This document shows positions 5,754 through 14,345 of a DNA stretch of 35,221 nucleotides, piece after piece. The position numbers and the translations under genes were made by a program. Origin of the DNA: a virus (lineage: Duplodnaviria; Caudoviricetes); the IMG/VR virus record IMGVR_UViG_3300044266_000171, positions 1 through 35,221 of that record. One strand, written 5' to 3'. A model generated the notes under the pieces. The model did not search any database, was not told the DNA's origin, and worked only from the letters and a program-made list of their open reading frames with translations. Numbering within the stretch: the first letter of the stretch is position 1; every line of letters starts with the position of its first letter.

Positions 5754-5933
5754 TAGTTCAGGTAGTGGTGTATACTTGAACTATAAGGCATTAGTTGATT
5801 GGTACAACCAACGGTTGGTTGTACCAATCAACAAGCCAATAGTATGTTTGCTAGTAGCGAACCAAAATCATTCTTGCCAGAATGATTTTGGTTCGGTGTC
5901 AGCAAACCTGCTGTACCCACACCGTGTGGTGTG
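5754..5933. repeat. Cluster of four adjacent inverted repeats
   Basis: 5754-5783 (11 bp), 5794-5832 (perfect 19-1-19), 5858-5895 (perfect 17-4-17, extendable to 5846-5907), 5918-5933 (6 bp). Confidence 0.9.
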
Positions 5934-5953
5934 TCTAGCGACCGAGGTGTCGT

Positions 5954-6616
5954 ATGTTTGAAGGTAACGAAGAACTGCTTTCCATCAACGTGTTCCGTGA
6001 TGAAAAGTTGTGTTACGATTATCAGTGCAAGTTCCGTGACTGGGTTGAGGAGCAGTATCCGACCGAGCCGTGCGAACTGGTGTTGCGTCAACTGCCGTTC
6101 GACACGGTTGTCCGTTCGTGGGAGTTGCGTCCGTTCTCCGCTTACGAGCGGGAGAACATGGCTGGCCCGATGATGCGGATGCGTATCGAAATCTTGGGGC
6201 CGTTTCTCAACGAGGCGGTGGCGACCGAGTTCATTCCGTGCCAGCCGCCCGATGATGAAGAACTGGATTACCGCATGGGTCTCAAGGCGATGTATGATGC
6301 TGTCCATGTGGTTGTTCCTGCTGTGCAGTCGGAGTATCTGTCCGATGTGTTCGACTATTTGGGTTGGGATGTGAACGGTTTTATCCGTGACGCTAACGTC
6401 GTGGGTTTGGACGAGTTGACTCAGAACAATCTGATGGAGTCACAGTTGTATCGTTACAACATGCTTCGCATGTTGGAACAAGGCATGCATGATGTGTCTC
6501 CGATGCAGATGCCGTTGTACCGTACCGTGTATGACGAGTTGGTGGCACATCTACAGAAGTCGTTTGATGCGGTCACTCATGCCGCTAACACCATCCAGAA
6601 CAAGGAGATGAACTGA
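5954..6616 (+). CDS. Hypothetical protein
   Basis: RBS GAGGTG; 220 aa. Confidence 0.85.
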   Translation: MFEGNEELLSINVFRDEKLCYDYQCKFRDWVEEQYPTEPCELVLRQLPFDTVVRSWELRPFSAYERENMAGPMMRMRIEILGPFLNEAVATEFIPCQPPDDEELDYRMGLKAMYDAVHVVVPAVQSEYLSDVFDYLGWDVNGFIRDANVVGLDELTQNNLMESQLYRYNMLRMLEQGMHDVSPMQMPLYRTVYDELVAHLQKSFDAVTHAANTIQNKEMN

Positions 6617-7011
6617 TGAGTATTCAAGTTGCTGTAGCAGGTTGCATGCACGGACATGATGTGTTCAATCGTGTGCGTGCCACGCTGGGGGCCGATGTGT
6701 TGGGAGGTGAGGTGGACGGGCAGATCGCCTATATGGATGTGCCGTCAGCGGTGCGTACCATCGTCCCGATTCTGGCAGAACATAACGTGACTCTGGTGGA
6801 CACGTTGCCTGCGACAGCGAAGAACGATCTGTTCGCTGCCGCCACCGCAGGTGCGTTGTTCTCCACAATCAACTGCAAGATGCGGTCGCGGCTGCAACCG
6901 AAATGTGCTGTCACCTTGTCGGGTGATGGTGACAAGATTTCTGCTTTGATGGTTGATCTTGTCCGTTCGGGGCTGTATAATATTGAGTGGATGAACGGAG
7001 ATAAGAAATGA
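6616..7011 (+). CDS. Hypothetical protein
   Basis: RBS AAGGAG; TGATG coupling. Confidence 0.8.
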   Translation: MSIQVAVAGCMHGHDVFNRVRATLGADVLGGEVDGQIAYMDVPSAVRTIVPILAEHNVTLVDTLPATAKNDLFAAATAGALFSTINCKMRSRLQPKCAVTLSGDGDKISALMVDLVRSGLYNIEWMNGDKK

Positions 7012-7397
7012 TGATTCCGACGTACACACCACAGGAGGGGGCGTACTGTCCGCACGGTTTGCCTGACTGTTTGTGTGATGTGCATGTCAGCAAGGTGGCC
7101 CCGATCTTTCGGGGCCACCACATGCTGCATGATGTTGTGTTGGATTTGATTGACGCTGACGGTGTGACCGAACGAAACCTGTACCAGTTTCTGACCACAC
7201 TGCTCGGCTGCTACGAAACCATCACCGAACCCGTCAAGACTCCGTACCAGCAGAGTCGTGACCTGTGGGAAGAAAAGCCGTGTGCATGGTGCGGCAAGGT
7301 TATTGCTGGACGTTCTGACAGAATAACCTGTAGCAACGCATGCAAACTAAAGAAGTCTCGTGCTAACAGAAAGGCGGCAGGAATTGCTGTTCGATAG
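7008..7397 (+). CDS. Cys-rich protein with C-terminal CxxC...CSxxC zinc finger
   Basis: CPHGLPDCLC and CAWC...CSNAC followed by a basic tail. Confidence 0.75.
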   Translation: MMIPTYTPQEGAYCPHGLPDCLCDVHVSKVAPIFRGHHMLHDVVLDLIDADGVTERNLYQFLTTLLGCYETITEPVKTPYQQSRDLWEEKPCAWCGKVIAGRSDRITCSNACKLKKSRANRKAAGIAVR

Positions 7398-8259
7398 TAA
7401 CGGAATCCACATCCACCAATCCGACCTGAAAAACCATTGTTTAGAGAAACTCAGGTTGGAAACCGTAGCGACAGGGCCACGTATGGAGAACGATGCGGCC
7501 ACCGTTGGTACAGCGTTCCATGCTGTGATCGAACATGAACTGTTGCAGCAACCGTTCGACACCCTGTATGACCTACAGGGTTGGGCTGCCCACTACTATG
7601 TTCATCTGTTGGAGCAGTATCAGCGTGACTGTAAGCCGTTCTCAACGTCATCGTTCGGTACACATGACCGTGCTATCGAACTGCTCACAAAGTTGGGTGC
7701 CGCTTGGTTCATGTCTGACGAGCGCGAGTTGTTGTTGACGGCAGGCGAGAAGCCTGCGGTCGAATGGCATTTCGACCTTCCGTTCTGTGAGGTGCCTGTG
7801 AAGAAAGGTGGGAAGAAGGAAGAAATCATCCCTGTGTTTCTCGCTGGTACGGCCGATATTGTTTGGAACAACGAGTTGTGGGATTGGAAAACTGCTGGTT
7901 CCGAATATCGTCGTTGGGAATATCAGCGGTGGGGACGCCAGCCTGATGTGTATACTTGGGCTGCTGCCCAGTCAGGTTTGATTCTTCCAGAATCTGACGG
8001 GTCATACATGTTCAAGTTCAAAGTGTTCATCCGCAACAATGATCCGACACTGGGTTGCCAGACTGTTGAAGTGTTGCGGTCTGCGAACAATTGGGGTTGG
8101 ATGCGTGAACTGGTTTCACGGCTGGTGAACTTTTCGTACAACATGGGTCTAGATAGGGAGTGGCCTGTTGACGACCAGCATGTGTTGTGTAGCCCGAAGT
8201 GGTGTACGTTCTACGACATGTGCAAGGGTGCACATGTTGATGGGCAAAGGTGGTGGTGA
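7384..8259 (+). CDS. Cas4/RecB-like PD-(D/E)XK exonuclease
   Basis: GTAFH, GTADIV, WDWKT, one N-terminal Cys plus C-terminal CSPKWCxxxxxC; start uncertain (7360 or 7384). Confidence 0.88.
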   Translation: MLFDSNGIHIHQSDLKNHCLEKLRLETVATGPRMENDAATVGTAFHAVIEHELLQQPFDTLYDLQGWAAHYYVHLLEQYQRDCKPFSTSSFGTHDRAIELLTKLGAAWFMSDERELLLTAGEKPAVEWHFDLPFCEVPVKKGGKKEEIIPVFLAGTADIVWNNELWDWKTAGSEYRRWEYQRWGRQPDVYTWAAAQSGLILPESDGSYMFKFKVFIRNNDPTLGCQTVEVLRSANNWGWMRELVSRLVNFSYNMGLDREWPVDDQHVLCSPKWCTFYDMCKGAHVDGQRWW

Positions 8260-8350
8260 CCATGTGGCAGGACTTTCTGGTACAGGTGACACTGGTAGTA
8301 ATCATGGGTGCTATACTGTTGAACACAATCTTCCCGAAGAAGGAGAACAA

Positions 8351-8635
8351 GTGAATACGTTGGTGAAGCGCAAGATCAAGCCTAAGCGTCGTGAACTCAC
8401 GCTCGCAGATATTTATGCGAACATGAACATGGACAGGTTCCGCCGTATCGAACGGCTGTATAGTGATGCTGTGACCGAAGCATGGGACGATGATGAGGTT
8501 TACAGCATCATGGATTCGGACGATTTCTATCGTGCGTTGCATAAGCGTACGAACGAGTTGTTCATCAAGAAGTGTGCCCGTGCCGCTAGCAAGGCGGCAT
8601 GGCATCGTAACAATCCCAACAAGGAGGGCAAGTAA
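8351..8635 (+). CDS. Hypothetical protein
   Basis: RBS AGGAG before GTG 8351; TAATG coupling. Confidence 0.7.
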   Translation: MNTLVKRKIKPKRRELTLADIYANMNMDRFRRIERLYSDAVTEAWDDDEVYSIMDSDDFYRALHKRTNELFIKKCARAASKAAWHRNNPNKEGK

Positions 8636-9177
8636 TGGAAGATCAGCAGATTATCGAAAGCAACAGTCGTAAGATCAGCGTGAGTTTCTCACGCAAGATC
8701 AGCGACGGCAACTATGGTACGGTCGAAGCATCCGCATGGGTGCAGGGCGAAGCCCCTGAGACTGCTACCGCTGGCGAGGTGGCTACCAGTCTTGGTGACC
8801 TGTTCGCTGCGGCAGCATCCGCAGTGTTTGACCAGTTGGGTATCGCTTTTGAGATTGACGAACAGTTGGTTGTTCGTGAAATCCCTAAGACCACGGTGCA
8901 GCAGGCACAGGCTAGTGTGGAACGTGCGTTCGGTGCATCCCCTGCGGATGAACTGGTTGCTGCTGCGAACCTGCGTGTGATGAACCCTACCGACCAGCAG
9001 GGTGCGTTGCCTGACTGGTTGTATGCTGCGTGTGCCCGTGACGGTGTGACGGGTGTGTGGGATAACCGCAAGTCGGCGGCTGGCACGAAGCAGCCCCACT
9101 TCAAGGAGGCGGTCGCACGGGGTGCGACTGGGCACGGCAAGGATGGGATGCCGAAGGGGTATTGGCCGCCCCGATAG
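8635..9177 (+). CDS. Putative single-stranded DNA-binding protein
   Basis: Lies between exonuclease and helicase; C-terminal VWDNR...KQPHFK resembles the WDNR..K.PDFK ssDNA-binding motif. Confidence 0.55.
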   Translation: MEDQQIIESNSRKISVSFSRKISDGNYGTVEASAWVQGEAPETATAGEVATSLGDLFAAAASAVFDQLGIAFEIDEQLVVREIPKTTVQQAQASVERAFGASPADELVAAANLRVMNPTDQQGALPDWLYAACARDGVTGVWDNRKSAAGTKQPHFKEAVARGATGHGKDGMPKGYWPPR

Positions 9178-9190
9178 ATTCTGGCCAGAA

Positions 9191-9227
9191 TGGGGAGGAA
9201 GCATTTACTGTTCATGCTTCCTCCCCA
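9191..9227 (+). terminator. Hairpin immediately upstream of the tRNA
   Basis: Perfect 14-bp stem TGGGGAGGAAGCAT/ATGCTTCCTCCCCA. Confidence 0.6.
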
Positions 9228-9231
9228 CCCA

Positions 9232-9308
9232 GCCTATCTACCCCAACAGGCAGAGGGAACCGACTCAAACTCGGTACAGTGTGGGTTCGACTCCCACGGT
9301 AGGCACCA
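9232..9308 (+). tRNA. trnL: tRNA-Leu(CAA)
   Basis: Acceptor GCCTATC/GGTAGGC, anticodon arm ACCGA-CTCAAAC-TCGGT, T arm GTGGG-TTCGACT-CCCAC, discriminator A, encoded CCA. Confidence 0.92.
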
Positions 9309-9335
9309 CAGTAACAACAATGCAAAGGAGCATCT

Positions 9336-9650
9336 GTGACAGAAGATAAGGAAACCCGACAGTTGAATTCGGAACTTCGCATGCATGCAAACTTGGGTGG
9401 CAGTCACGCCCATGTGCATCTTGTGTCCGATGAGAACGACAGGTTCGGCATCTATGTCGAAACTGGTGACACTCATGGTGGTGCGGTGCTTGGCTGGTTG
9501 GAACCTGAGGTTCCGCTGGAAGTCGCTGTGTCGCTGTTCATCACCCTGTCATGGTCACAACCTGCTGGTGGCACCGAGCGTGTCGCCGAGGTGCTAAAGT
9601 CTATTCTGCCTGACGAAGATCAGCCGAACGAGGGGATTATCATTCCGTGA
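9336..9650 (+). CDS. Hypothetical protein
   Basis: RBS AAGGAG; GTGA overlap with the helicase gene. Confidence 0.8.
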   Translation: MTEDKETRQLNSELRMHANLGGSHAHVHLVSDENDRFGIYVETGDTHGGAVLGWLEPEVPLEVAVSLFITLSWSQPAGGTERVAEVLKSILPDEDQPNEGIIIP

Positions 9651-10735
9651 ATCAACAGGACATTGCGGACAAACTGGAACAGTTCGATACCGTAGGAGCC
9701 TATGAACATTACCGTCCGCTGCGTGATGCAGCGGACGAGTTCATTTCTTGGGCTGCTTCACCGAACGAACGGGTCTACACGGGTATCGCAGAACTTGATG
9801 CTGCGATGCGTGGCACAGCCCCAGGTGAACTCACAATTATTCAAGGGTTCACCCATAGCGGTAAAACGTTGCTGGTGACAGAGTTGATTCTCAACAACCC
9901 TGACACACCGCTCGTGTTGTTCACCCCTGACGAGACTCGCCCGTTGGTGCTAACCAAGTTGACTAGCGCGTTACATGGGGTGGGTGCGAAAGAGTTGGAG
10001 GAACGCATCCAACGTGACGACGAAACCGCACGACGACTGCTGGTCGATACCGCTGAACGGTATGGGAAACTGGCTATCTTTGACGAGTCGGTATCGGTTG
10101 TTGACATGGATAAGATGATGGATGAGGCATGCCATGCATTCTCTCAGAAACCTATGGGTATCATCTTTGACTATGCGGAACTGTTGGAAGGGCCAGATGA
10201 TGTGAAGTCGAAGATGACTGCACTCAAGGCGTGGGGTAAGCGACAGCGTGTCGCCATGTTCGTACTGCACCAAACCTCCCGTACCAGCGGTAGCGGTGGA
10301 CGCAAGGTGGGTATCGACAGTGGTGCGTATGGTGGCGAGCAGCAAGCCACCCATGTGATTGGTGTGCGTCGCAAGAAGTATATGCACATGGCGATGTTGT
10401 CGTTGTTGGATGAGAAGATTGCGAACAGTACGAATCCGAAAGCGATTGAGGAATACAAGTCCCGTATCCGTCAGATCGAAACTGTTGATCTGCCTCGTGA
10501 TATGGATACGGTGACGGTTTCGTTGGTGAAGAACAAGCGGCCCCCGTGCGATCTTGTGGACGACATTGATTACAAGATTGATTTGGGTACTGGTCGTGTG
10601 CGTCGTATTGAGCATGTGCAGGACGAGTATGGGAACACGGTGCGTGTGTCGAAGGCTGCTGCGCTAGACTATTTGCGTCAACGCAGGCAGACGCAACAGG
10701 TTGAGGATGCGTTCACAGATTTGGAAGATTTCTGA
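9647..10735 (+). CDS. dnaB: DnaB-like (SF4/RecA-fold) replicative helicase
   Basis: TGIAELD, Walker A GFTHSGKT, IIFDY, LHQTSR, KNKR. Confidence 0.88.
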   Translation: MNQQDIADKLEQFDTVGAYEHYRPLRDAADEFISWAASPNERVYTGIAELDAAMRGTAPGELTIIQGFTHSGKTLLVTELILNNPDTPLVLFTPDETRPLVLTKLTSALHGVGAKELEERIQRDDETARRLLVDTAERYGKLAIFDESVSVVDMDKMMDEACHAFSQKPMGIIFDYAELLEGPDDVKSKMTALKAWGKRQRVAMFVLHQTSRTSGSGGRKVGIDSGAYGGEQQATHVIGVRRKKYMHMAMLSLLDEKIANSTNPKAIEEYKSRIRQIETVDLPRDMDTVTVSLVKNKRPPCDLVDDIDYKIDLGTGRVRRIEHVQDEYGNTVRVSKAAALDYLRQRRQTQQVEDAFTDLEDF

Positions 10736-11520
10736 TGCGGTTCTATCTTGGAACTGACGATCCCAGTTGGCTTAGAACATCCACAGTCCCACTGTTTATC
10801 TCTCGCCGTCGGCTCGCCATGCGGAAAACCCATGAGAGATACAAAACTAATGTTGATTGGTGCATTGATAGCGGTGGGTTTACCGAATTGAATCTGTTTG
10901 GCAGGTGGACAACAACGCCGCAACAGTATGTTGCGGAGGTTCGCAAATATTGCGAACAGATCGGTAGAGTTATTTGGGCGGCACCGCAGGACGCGATGTG
11001 CGAGCCGTGGATTCTGGAAAAATCTAGAGATTGGCTTGGTGGCACGGTTACTGCACATCAGGTGTATACTGTAGAAAACTATCTGGAACTGGTTGATATT
11101 GCCCCCGATCTCCCATTCATCCCAACCTTGCAAGGGTGGGAGTTGGATGACTATCTGGCACACATCGACATGTATCGACAGTATGGAATTGACCTTACCG
11201 AATTCGCTACCGTTGGTTTGGGGTCTGTGTGTAGGCGGGAAAGCACCACGCAGATTGCGGAGATAGTTGGAACGCTCCATAAGACTGGTATCAAACTGCA
11301 TGGATTTGGCATGAAAACTGGTGGGGTTGCAAAGTGTGGGCAGTTCTTAGAATCATCTGATTCTATGGCTTGGTCATTTGCCGCCCGACGTAGCGGCCCT
11401 CGTCCTTGTCCGCACAAAGGATTGAAGTGCTGTAATCATTGTTACGAGTTCGCTTCGGAGTGGCGAACCAATCTGTTTAGTAGAGCAAAAGCAAATGGTG
11501 TTTACATGGAGGATTTCTGA
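10735..11520 (+). CDS. dpdA: DpdA-like TGT-fold base-exchange (deazaguanine DNA modification) protein
   Basis: IDSGGF, PQDxMCE, IPTLQG, LHGFG, SSDSMAWS, C-terminal Cys cluster. Confidence 0.8.
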   Translation: MRFYLGTDDPSWLRTSTVPLFISRRRLAMRKTHERYKTNVDWCIDSGGFTELNLFGRWTTTPQQYVAEVRKYCEQIGRVIWAAPQDAMCEPWILEKSRDWLGGTVTAHQVYTVENYLELVDIAPDLPFIPTLQGWELDDYLAHIDMYRQYGIDLTEFATVGLGSVCRRESTTQIAEIVGTLHKTGIKLHGFGMKTGGVAKCGQFLESSDSMAWSFAARRSGPRPCPHKGLKCCNHCYEFASEWRTNLFSRAKANGVYMEDF

Positions 11521-12404
11521 TGGAAGCAGAAATGGTTACACGATTCGCCAGCCTGTTCACAGGCAGGCAAGATGCACACGGCACCGACACAGGCGGTGCC
11601 GTGTGGGCACCAGTCACCCTGCAAACCTATGAGCGGCACCTGACAGGCGTAGAACCCATCGGCATCTACCCTGTGATCGACAACGCTGTACGTTGGGGAT
11701 GTTGCGACATTGACACTGGTGACTGGTCGGAAGCATTCATGCTGGCAACCGCACTACAAGGCATGGGGTTGAAGCCGTGGGTGGAACGGTCACGTTCTAA
11801 GGGTTGGCATATCTGGATTTTTCTGCCAGAATGGGTGCCAGCATCTGCGATGCGTCGCTGCCTGAAAGTAGCGTACGCCGCTATTGATTTGCCTGCGAAG
11901 GAAGCGAACCCGAAGTCGGAGAACCTGCGACCCACCCAGTTAGGTAACTATGTGCGGCTCCCCTACAAGGCTGCTGCTGTTACCGAATCGGAACGGCAAA
12001 CAATGATGCAAGGCTGGTCTGCCACAGGTGACGGTCACCCTATGTCGGCCGACCTGTTTCTGTCAGAGTTGAACGACCCGTACTCTGACCCTGCGCGTGT
12101 CAAGCATTGGGCATCGAAATGGTATGAGCCTCCCCGCAAGGTTATCAACTGTGATATTGATGTGACGCAGGATGCGTTGGCGTTGGCTGACAGGCTGCCT
12201 GTAACGTGGCGTACAGTCTGGTTGGAAGGTGCGGTGCGTGACAGGTCAGCAACGTTTGTTGCGATGGCGTACGATTTGGCGAAGCGTGGCTGGCGACCAC
12301 AGGATGTGTTCAACATCCTGTGGTTCTGCCCGTGGAACAAGTATCGTGAACGCAACGATGGTGAAGTATATGTGCAGGACATTGTTGAAAGGGCTTTCTC
12401 GTGA
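11520..12404 (+). CDS. Archaeo-eukaryotic primase (AEP, TOTE-like)
   Basis: IGIYP, CCDID, ERSRSKGWHIWIF, GNYVRLPY, helical C-terminal domain. Confidence 0.88.
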   Translation: MEAEMVTRFASLFTGRQDAHGTDTGGAVWAPVTLQTYERHLTGVEPIGIYPVIDNAVRWGCCDIDTGDWSEAFMLATALQGMGLKPWVERSRSKGWHIWIFLPEWVPASAMRRCLKVAYAAIDLPAKEANPKSENLRPTQLGNYVRLPYKAAAVTESERQTMMQGWSATGDGHPMSADLFLSELNDPYSDPARVKHWASKWYEPPRKVINCDIDVTQDALALADRLPVTWRTVWLEGAVRDRSATFVAMAYDLAKRGWRPQDVFNILWFCPWNKYRERNDGEVYVQDIVERAFS

Positions 12405-12766
12405 CAAACAACTATAAGGAATACAATCCGAAGCATATGACATCCGAATATTTGGATTGGTCATTCAACGAACTGGTCGATCATCTGACCGATATGCGAC
12501 TCCAACTGGAAGAAGCCAAAACTGCCCGTGCCACCGCTGAGGCTGCGTTGGCAGCGTTCAACGCTGACGAAGAACTGGGACGGGAACGGCAGCAGTCTGC
12601 CGATCTGACTGAGATTCTGGAAGAATGGATTGATGTTGCCAACGACCTGTATGAAGGGCTGCTGGTCGCACAGGAACAGTTGGTGAAACACGGTGTAGGG
12701 TTGCGGCCTGTTGCACAGAAAGCGGTCACACTCTTTCTCAGCATGACAGAGGAAGATGATGGATGA
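12401..12766 (+). CDS. Hypothetical coiled-coil protein
   Basis: GTGA overlap; 121 aa. Confidence 0.75.
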   Translation: MTNNYKEYNPKHMTSEYLDWSFNELVDHLTDMRLQLEEAKTARATAEAALAAFNADEELGRERQQSADLTEILEEWIDVANDLYEGLLVAQEQLVKHGVGLRPVAQKAVTLFLSMTEEDDG

Positions 12767-13169
12767 CACGATCACAGTTTGGGTGCCGTTGCAGGCGGTA
12801 GCGAAGCAGCGGCCACGGTTAACACGGAAACGTAGAGGGGGAAGAAACATTGCTTATACGCCGCAAGCCACTAGAAATTTCGAGGTACAGGTGGCCGACA
12901 TTGTACGGTCAGCAATACCTGAGGGTTTCCATTTCGGTTCGAAACCCGTTTGTGTCACAGTCGAAATCCACAAGACTGGTTTCTCGTTACAGATTGAACC
13001 TGCGGAATCTAGTGTTAGACCTGTCGGTATTCGTGGGGACATAGATAACATTACGAAAGCAATCTTTGACGGGTTGAACGGTGTAGTGTGGGACGATGAC
13101 AGGCAGGTAGAGTTGATGTCTGTCGGGTTTGTTGGTGTGCCCCGTAAGGGCACACAGTACGGAGGCTGA
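12756..13169 (+). CDS. rusA: RusA Holliday junction resolvase
   Basis: KQRPR, YTP, GDIDNITKAIFDGLNGVVWDDDRQV. Confidence 0.93.
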   Translation: MMDDTITVWVPLQAVAKQRPRLTRKRRGGRNIAYTPQATRNFEVQVADIVRSAIPEGFHFGSKPVCVTVEIHKTGFSLQIEPAESSVRPVGIRGDIDNITKAIFDGLNGVVWDDDRQVELMSVGFVGVPRKGTQYGG

Positions 13170-13170
13170 C

Positions 13171-13377
13171 ATGGCTATCGGTTCAGACCCCGAGATTGGG
13201 ACACAGTTCGGTTCATGGTCAAACATGACCGACACGGAACGGCAACTGTGGTGGTATCATATGGTCACACATTGGGGAGCCGACCTTGCGGGAGGCTACG
13301 GAAAGGTGGTGTACGTTGACCCAAAGAAACGTGAAGAATACGGAAACGCTATACTATTATCGTTGCCCGAAATGTGA
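13171..13377 (+). CDS. Hypothetical protein
   Basis: RBS GGAGG before ATG 13171. Confidence 0.7.
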   Translation: MAIGSDPEIGTQFGSWSNMTDTERQLWWYHMVTHWGADLAGGYGKVVYVDPKKREEYGNAILLSLPEM

Positions 13378-13489
13378 GAAACGGGTAGGTCAAATTGACC
13401 CGACCTACAATCCGTGGTGCCTACATGGTGGCACCACATTTGATGCACACAAGATCACAATGATGATTGCCGAACAGGAGCAGCAATGA
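13331..13489 (+). CDS. Small zinc-ribbon-like protein (start uncertain)
   Basis: YRCPKC...WCLH; ATGA overlap with next gene. Confidence 0.45.
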   Translation: MKNTETLYYYRCPKCEKRVGQIDPTYNPWCLHGGTTFDAHKITMMIAEQEQQ

Positions 13490-13938
13490 GTTACAAAGAC
13501 AAGACATGGACAGAACGAGAAGGATTCCTCGGAGATGAGGCAGAGAAACAGTTTGAACACTGGTCAATGCACTACGATCTCGGGTATGAACGGTACGGTC
13601 TGCTGCGCCCCAATCTGGACATGCGTGAACTGCCAGCAGAACTGCGCTACACCCCCGACTATCTGACAGAATACGGGTTCGTGGAGGTGCAGGGCTGTGG
13701 GCATGATGGGCTGCTCAAGTTTAAGCATGACAAGTTGGATGCTCTCAAATGGTGGGATAAGATTTATCCTGTCACGTTCTGGTTGTGGAACAGTGCAACC
13801 AGCACTGATGCACAGTGCGGGTTGCGTGACGTTCTGGACAGGACAATGGATTCCAACTATGTGAACTATATGGTGGATGGCATGTTCGATGGGAACAAGC
13901 CGTACAGTACGGTACGTTTCACCGATCTGTTGCAGTGA
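13486..13938 (+). CDS. Putative PD-(D/E)XK-fold endonuclease
   Basis: G.EAE..F helix and YTPDY...FVEVQG; RBS AGGAG. Confidence 0.55.
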   Translation: MSYKDKTWTEREGFLGDEAEKQFEHWSMHYDLGYERYGLLRPNLDMRELPAELRYTPDYLTEYGFVEVQGCGHDGLLKFKHDKLDALKWWDKIYPVTFWLWNSATSTDAQCGLRDVLDRTMDSNYVNYMVDGMFDGNKPYSTVRFTDLLQ

Positions 13939-14345
13939 AATTCGGGCACCTATCCAAGCAGGATAGGTTTGAAGTTTCGGTTAAAGAGTTCCATCCGAAC
14001 GTGCATGACGCATCCCACCAACTGTGGGCGCATCATCGCCCACCAGAAACCGAATATCAAGCCATGATGGAAGCCATGCCACATGAACCTGTACCGATGA
14101 CAGCGGTTGAACGGGAACTGGATTGGAAACTATTTTGGCAGAAAGTTCGTGCAGCAAACCTGACTGCACGGGAACGTATCGTGGTGGACTGCATCATCTA
14201 CGGTGGCATGTCGCTGTTTCAAACTGCGATAGTGGTAGCACAAGCAGAAGGTCGGAACAAAGCGTTGTCAAAGATGACTGTGATGCGTTGCAGAGATAAA
14301 GCCTACAGTAAAATAAGAGCCGTGTTTGAGCAGGAGGACAACTAA
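13935..14345 (+). CDS. Sigma-70 region-4-like HTH protein (candidate late regulator)
   Basis: LTARERIVV...GGMSLFQTA...SKMTVMRCRDKAYSKIR. Confidence 0.72.
   Translation: MKFGHLSKQDRFEVSVKEFHPNVHDASHQLWAHHRPPETEYQAMMEAMPHEPVPMTAVERELDWKLFWQKVRAANLTARERIVVDCIIYGGMSLFQTAIVVAQAEGRNKALSKMTVMRCRDKAYSKIRAVFEQEDN

Noticed and set aside
11520-12404. TOTE conflict/defence system
   Set aside because: Only the AEP domain is present, in a normal helicase-primase replication context
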